Virus record (IMG/VR): IMGVR_UViG_3300012352_000720
Coordinates: 1 to 36,896 of that record
Length of the DNA: 36,896 nt
Source: a virus
Taxonomy: Duplodnaviria > Caudoviricetes
Strand: one strand, 5' to 3'
Positions 34,601 through 36,896 of this stretch are shown in pieces. Position 1 is the stretch's first letter, and each line of letters opens with the position of its first letter. Under the pieces are notes generated by a model, which had not been told where the DNA came from, did not search any database, and saw only the letters and a program-made list of their open reading frames with translations. The translations under genes and the position numbers were made by a program.

Positions 34601-36896
34601 AATATAACAGCAGCATTAACTCCAGGAGAAGTGGTATTTGGGCCGAATTTACATAATATACCTGGTCTTTCAGATGCATTACAAGCTGCAAATAGTGGAT
34701 ATAATATTGGCGGAATGATTAATGAAAATAAAAATAGTTACGGTCCTAAATTTGGAGTAAGTCCTCTCGGCATGCTTTCCTATCAGCCTAAAGATTTAAT
34801 GAATTATTATACATCTGGTAAGTTAAGCAATTTTAGAAAAGGTTTAGCTCTTCGTGTAGCAGAAAGAAATCAAGCCAGATTAAATTCTTCAAGACATAGA
34901 GATGCTGGTGTTTTTGGATTAGGAAGTTATAGACATTATAGATGGGCAACAAGAACTCCTAGTGTAAAGTCATATATAGATCAATACTTAGAAAGTCTTC
35001 CTAGACAAGATAGAGCAAAAGCTGCAAAGATTATAGAAGATTTCGGTGCGGGCATTGTGGGTCAGGGTAAAGCTAGCAAGAAGGGTGGATCAACACAGGG
35101 AACAGGGAAAGACGCCCTTGTTATTGAAGAGAGTCATTTAACAGGACCACTTAACAAAAAATTAACAGACGCAGAATTGCCTGTCATAAACCCAGATATA
35201 AGAATACATAAAACTCATCTAACAAGAGCAAAGGTAAAAAATGGTATTAGGACAGTTAGCGATTATGTTGTTGATTACTTATCAAGATCAAACTTGCAGG
35301 CAAATCAAGGAACGCTTACTGTAGGCAATTTTATAAAAAATGAATTAAGCAGATCTGGTAAATACGATCATTTATTTAAAAGATCTGGATTACCAGAAGA
35401 CCAGTGGTCTGCTACTGAGTTAGCAATAGACGCAAAGCTAAGAAAGTCATTAGGCTTCAATCTTAGTAAAACAATTGGAGATGAGAAGGGCGACTTCATA
35501 TTCGAAAGAGATTTTATTCCTATTATAGATAGTGCTATTGTAGCAGGAGGCGGAAGCCAGAGATCTCTGAACACATTAAAAAATATAAAAAGAGTAAGGT
35601 CTAATAAAAAGTTTAATATGGGTGGACCAATTCCAGGATTCTGGCCTGGTGGTGGAATTGGTTGGGCTCAAAAGGCTGCATCAAATGCATCTAAGGGCAA
35701 AGCTTATGTCCGTCCAGGAACAGTAAAGGTGCCTGAAGGGAAACAAAATTCATTAACAAAGTCTATGATTATGAAATCATTAGGCGTAACTTATGGCAAA
35801 AATGAGGATAATGCTGGATGGGGCGCAAAAGCATTATCGATAAGCATGGGGTCAAAACTATTTGGAAAGACTGGACTTCTTCCAAATACACAGAACTTAA
35901 TGTATGCCAACTTAGTAGATCAAATTGCTGAGTCAAGACCATACGGATATTACAAAGCTAAGGATGGAACTCTTCTAAAGGGAATCGAAGTAGATACTAT
36001 TGATGACCTTGTTAGAATGGCAGCATCAAAAACATTATCAACAGGTGGCAAAAAGCTTTCTCCAATTGATAGAAAGATATTAAGGGAAAAGTTTGCATGG
36101 GATACAAAGGGTACAACTCCAGCAACATCCTATGTCCGTAAAACAATATTTGGATATAACCGTGGTGGGTATATTGGTGGCGGATCGATTAGAAAAAATA
36201 GATTTAACTATGGTGCTTTTATTCCTGGAAATCCAGGTATTGGATTAAAGAATGCAGCAACTGGCATAGATACCTCAATACATATTGCAACGCCAGACTC
36301 ACAATCCGAAATGAATACACAGGGCTCGCTTATTGCTGGTATGGGGCTTCAGAGTGCTGGATATATGGCAGGCCAAAATGAAAGTACTAAACAATATGCA
36401 ATGCCATTAATGGCAGCTGGAACAGCTATGCAGATGGCTCCAATGCTAAAGCCATTAACTCAAGCTATGTCTAAAATAAAAACAACGGGTGGCATGTTTG
36501 TAGCTCTTAAAAATATTGCTACAAAAGCTATGCTTGGAATTAGAACAGCAATAACATTTTTAACTGGTCCAATTGGATTAACTATACTAGCAGTAACTAC
36601 ACTTGCAACTATATTCTTAAAGTTAAAGAAAAATGCAGAGGATGCTGGTAAGGCTAATAGACTGGCATTTGGCGGTACAAAGGATTCATTTGCATCTGTA
36701 GGAATAAAGCAATATCAATCTCTTTCAGAAAAAATGGAAGAGCATGTAAAGAAAGTAGAGCTTGCAAAAGCTAAGATTGCTTCATCCTATAATTCATTTA
36801 CAAAGGTTAAAGGGCCTACTGGATTAACGCTAACAATTGAGCAGCTAGATAAGGCTGTTGACAATGCTAAAAAGAATCAAAAGGACTATGTAGAAG
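31682..36896 (+). CDS. Tape measure protein (3' end beyond window)
   Basis: MADEQIVTNIVANADFSGL...; WAGRQLTVGLTVP and TP901-like core; spot-translated segments up to about 36620 stay in one open frame; absent from ORF track, consistent with no stop in window. Confidence 0.92.
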   Translation, partial: MADEQIVTNIVANADFSGLITDLARVTSALNNLQNQAGATNKALANQIAVMNRQFGDTLRSTGQFTTHFVTIGSDVDKFGKNLDAGRGKLRDFYGAWQGYHKQSNSLVKDLAKQQVQLQNSILQPLGRNADGMMRFAVQVPRGLDEIKSKSAIARQELQILNRVVQEGGNQLINWGKNTQWAGRQLTVGLTVPIAAFGKAASDAFRQADEELTRLVKVYGDVAGTSAVELGKVRKEVVDTAKELAASMGAGFKDTLALSADIAATGKTGTELLGSIRETTRLAILGEVDRTEAMKATLAIQSAFKQNTDELAQSINFLNAVENQTSTSLNDLVEAIPKAGPVVKGLGGSIQDLALYLTAMREGGINASEGANALKSALASLINPTDVAVAKFKGFGIDLLGIVEGNAGNVTNTLMALQGALDSIDPLSKQQAIEQLFGKFQFARMNALFENLGKQGSQTLKVLDLMKASSGELSDLAGRELSLVTESASGKYRRALAELKADLATVGEKFLTINTYLIKFVDKIVDFANNLPGPIKAILGFLGGITAIAGPLIMLTGVLGNFFGYVIKGVSHFKSLFKGGEGWKLLTPEILAANKAGDLVEQTFYSDAKAAAVLNQALRDLTAQYDALSIRAQSGAISINPVLTNISAQAQAQGLSRVVDKNHPLVGEYGTRASAHMVPRNIDQPRTIFGLVPSSIPVNAAIGENPQIYSQGDLPDIKGVTSIPATRTIGGVKQSMNVSTGIVASEAARHHAFTAALAMQTEAEMKALKQTLATTGTVSREFMDTFDDLLPVTSRITANAASQSAMIVAELQQGKITAAAAKQRIIELNLAIERELGAATSAYAGTVGRSINLINVPGTNQPVQSATGKSNMREMFKTRTGGIFTRVAEALKVKTSGAGYNIETTKLKRYNSGGAIESFGANKTTVSGPTSISYDDRLGSVPLGGFVLNQSASLDPNNQELIKLAPYTFNNGGNITAALTPGEVVFGPNLHNIPGLSDALQAANSGYNIGGMINENKNSYGPKFGVSPLGMLSYQPKDLMNYYTSGKLSNFRKGLALRVAERNQARLNSSRHRDAGVFGLGSYRHYRWATRTPSVKSYIDQYLESLPRQDRAKAAKIIEDFGAGIVGQGKASKKGGSTQGTGKDALVIEESHLTGPLNKKLTDAELPVINPDIRIHKTHLTRAKVKNGIRTVSDYVVDYLSRSNLQANQGTLTVGNFIKNELSRSGKYDHLFKRSGLPEDQWSATELAIDAKLRKSLGFNLSKTIGDEKGDFIFERDFIPIIDSAIVAGGGSQRSLNTLKNIKRVRSNKKFNMGGPIPGFWPGGGIGWAQKAASNASKGKAYVRPGTVKVPEGKQNSLTKSMIMKSLGVTYGKNEDNAGWGAKALSISMGSKLFGKTGLLPNTQNLMYANLVDQIAESRPYGYYKAKDGTLLKGIEVDTIDDLVRMAASKTLSTGGKKLSPIDRKILREKFAWDTKGTTPATSYVRKTIFGYNRGGYIGGGSIRKNRFNYGAFIPGNPGIGLKNAATGIDTSIHIATPDSQSEMNTQGSLIAGMGLQSAGYMAGQNESTKQYAMPLMAAGTAMQMAPMLKPLTQAMSKIKTTGGMFVALKNIATKAMLGIRTAITFLTGPIGLTILAVTTLATIFLKLKKNAEDAGKANRLAFGGTKDSFASVGIKQYQSLSEKMEEHVKKVELAKAKIASSYNSFTKVKGPTGLTLTIEQLDKAVDNAKKNQKDYVE

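Overview
AT-rich segment of a large tailed (siphovirus-type) dsDNA bacteriophage. An actinobacterial host, possibly a low-GC freshwater lineage, is inferred from a PASTA domain, many leaderless-type promoters and tRNAs lacking CCA; this is not proven. From left to right: (1) a cluster of 8 tRNA genes with two unexplained structured inserts; (2) an accessory block with a 2OG-Fe(II) oxygenase, a probable small RNA, a TylF-type methyltransferase, a secreted lysozyme-like protein, a GT-B glycosyltransferase, a class II ribonucleotide reductase and a putative holin; (3) tail-fibre-like genes containing a twice-repeated module of [fibre protein] - [FN3/PASTA + Pro-aromatic repeat + atypical C-terminal Hint domain protein] - [prolyl-hydroxylase-like oxygenase(s), plus a DUF6065-like pair in the first copy]; (4) a conventional head-neck-tail operon (portal, protease/scaffold, capsid, connectors, major tail protein, frameshifted tail chaperone) ending in a tape measure gene that runs off the window. 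The best candidate for a new system is the Pro-rich/Hint substrate plus prolyl-hydroxylase cassette, which suggests phage-encoded post-translational modification and autoprocessing of virion appendages. All family calls come from motif recognition by eye; no searches were run.
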